This document shows positions 61,792 to 64,000 of a stretch of DNA of 64,000 nt, piece by piece. A program made the translations under genes and the position numbers. Numbering within the stretch: position 1 is the stretch's first letter; each line of letters opens with the position of its first letter. The stretch lies in the NCBI RefSeq assembly GCF_009914755.1, contig NC_060932.1; one strand, given 5' to 3'. The notes under the pieces were generated by a model, which had not been told where the DNA came from, searched no databases, and was given only the letters and a program-made list of their open reading frames with translations. The stretch is from the human T2T-CHM13v2.0 reference genome, Homo sapiens.

Positions 61792-62464
61792 TATATCTAG
61801 AAACAAAGAGAGGTAGTAGGATATATCTAGAGGACATCAGCATTCCTCATCACATCAAGGTCTCAGGCCAGGACAATTAAGTTCTTGAGAAAAGGGGAGG
61901 GTGTGTTCCTCAAATTTAGGAGGAAAGACTGCTTCTACTGGCAAATGAGCCTCCATAAAATGTAAAAGTTCAGGTACCACCACATCATCAGAATCAGCCC
62001 TATGTCTCCATCCCAATTTTCATGGCCCTACTCCTTCTCAGTCAATGCCTTATTTCTAATATAAGAAACCCTGAAAGATTGTGTTGAATTATAATTCAGT
62101 CACTGCCCATATTAGACTTTGGGTTTGGTTTTAAGAAATTTTCTAGGAAATGCTGTTTCTCTTACAGCAGTAATAGAACTTTTCTAATCCGTTACGTAGA
62201 CCTTGATCTTGGAATTAAAAACTCTGAACTCATTTTCTTTCTGTACATTTTCCAATGCAACCCAACCAACATCATTATATTCATTTTTATTAAAGTGTTC
62301 TACAGCAGCAACTACTTGGTGATTCAAAATCTTGCCTTCTATAGGCATTTGATTACAGATGAAACTACAAATAACAATTTAAGAAACATTTTTTGCCACT
62401 ACATACCATGGCTTATGATGTCATGTATTGGAAGCAAATACATCAATGTCTATTTTTTATGTTG

Positions 62465-64000
62465 TCTTAATTAATTTTTACGGGTACATAGTAGGTGTAT
62501 ATACTTGCGGTGTACATGAGATGTTTTGATACAGGCATACAATGTTGCTATGGAGAGCAGTTTGGAGATTATTATTAATCACATCATGAAAACTGGAGTA
62601 TCTTACCCCTCAAGCATTTATCCTTTGTCTTACAAAGAATCCAACTATACTCCTTCAGCTATTTTAAATGTACAATTAAATTATTATTGACTATAGTTAC
62701 TCTGTTGCAATATCAAATTCTAGGTCTTATTTATTCTTTCAAATTATATTTATTTATACCCATTAACAATCCCCACCTCCCTCCCCTGACCCAGTCCCCC
62801 ACTTCCCTTCCCAGCCTCTGGTAACCACCCTTCTACTCTACCTCCAAAAATTCAATTGTTTTGATTTTTAGATCCCACAAATAAGCGAGAACATGTGATG
62901 TTTGCCTTTCTGTGCCTGGCTTATTTCACTTAACAGAATGATCTCCAGTTGCTTCCATGTTGATGCAAATAACTTGATAACATTCTTTTTTTATGGCTGA
63001 ATAGAACTCCATTGTGTATAAGTACCACATTTTCTTTATTCAGATTAATGGATAAAGAAAATGTAGTACTTACATACAATGGATACAGGTTGCTTCCAAA
63101 TCTTGGCTATTGTGAACAGTGCTGCAACAAACATTAAAGAGCAGGTATCTCTTTGATATACTGATTTCCTTTCTTTTGGGTATATACCCAGCAGTGGGAT
63201 TGCTAGCTTGTATGGTGGCTCTATTTTCAGTTATTTGAGGAACCTCCAAACTGTTCTCCATAGTGGTTGTACTAATTTACATTCTCACCAACAGAGTATG
63301 AAGGCATTCCCTTTTCTCCACATCCCTGTCAGCATTTGTTATTGCCTGACTTTTGAAAAAAAGCCAGTTTAACTGGGGTGAGATGATACCTCATTGTAGT
63401 TTTGATTTGTATTTCTCTGATAATCATTGATGTTGAGCACATTTTCATATGCCTGTTTGCCATTTGTATGTCTTCTTTTGAAAAATGTCTATTTCAATCT
63501 TTGCTGATTTTTAAATCAGATTATTAGATTTTATCCTATAGAGCTGTTTGATCTCCTTATATCTTCTGGTTTTTAATATTTTATCAGATGGGCAATTTGC
63601 AAATATTTTCTCTCATTTTGTGGGTTGTCTTTTCACTTTGTTGATTGTTTCCTTTGCTGTGCAGAAACTTTTTAACTTGATGTGACATCATTTTTCCATA
63701 TTAGTTTTGGATTTCTGTTCTTGTGAGGTATTACTCAGGAAATTCTTTGCCTAAGCTAACGTCTTGGAGGGTTTCCCCAATGCTTTTTTGTAGTAGTTTC
63801 ACAGTTTGAGGTCTTAGATTTAAGTCTCTAATCACTCTGGTTTGATTATCGTATATGGAGAGAGAGGGGGTGTCTGGTTTCATTATTTTGCCTATGCATA
63901 TTTAGTTTTCCCAGTACCATTTATTAAAAAGACTTTCTTTTCCTCAGTGTATGTTCTTGGCAGCTTTGTCAAAAATGAGTTCGCCATAGGTGTGTGGATT
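62465..64000 (-). mobile_element. L1MA2/3-type LINE-1 3' portion, runs off the window
   Basis: gggtacatagtaggtgtatat...acaggcatacaatg 3' UTR, then ORF2 C-terminal sequence. Confidence 0.93.

Larger units (their letters stand above)
57880..62450 (-). mobile_element. Decayed ERVL internal region (gag-pro-pol)
   Basis: Minus-strand translation gives protease LYDTGSELPGIP (ORF 60737-60922), RT AFIWHGQQDIFSILLLGCSNFPALCHNL (about 60101-60186) and HYVDD (60039-60053); heavily disrupted; boundaries approximate. Confidence 0.85.

Overview
AT-rich, CpG-depleted hominoid (very likely human) genomic DNA, intronic or intergenic. An SVA, AluY and L1PA3/4 copies fix the lineage. Much of the window is recognisable interspersed repeat: about 10 Alu/FLAM copies, a full-length THE1 MaLR element, several solo MaLR/ERV LTRs (some with perfect 5-bp TSDs), L1 pieces of many ages, a 5'-truncated SVA, a decayed ERVL gag-pro-pol, Tigger3b, MER82, MER53, a MADE1 remnant and L2/MIR relics. 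No ORF in the supplied track is a credible cellular gene; most are repeat-derived. No prokaryote-type system (CRISPR, operon) is present. Best leads: (1) a minus-strand candidate terminal exon at 34717-34659 behind a clean splice acceptor, encoding a polybasic + CaaX tail (TMFLAKKMRKRIRNCILL*), with a same-strand SVA 2.1 kb upstream that keeps the acceptor, 67-aa ORF and poly(A) signal of the type exonised in LEPR; (2) about ten locally templated insertions or fold-back palindromes, the largest with ~70-bp arms at 33.2 kb; (3) a twin-primed L1PA with no TSD that appears to have deleted kilobases of target DNA; (4) a plus-strand candidate terminal exon at 49021. Repeat subfamily names come from recalled consensus sequences, and all alignments and counts were done by eye.
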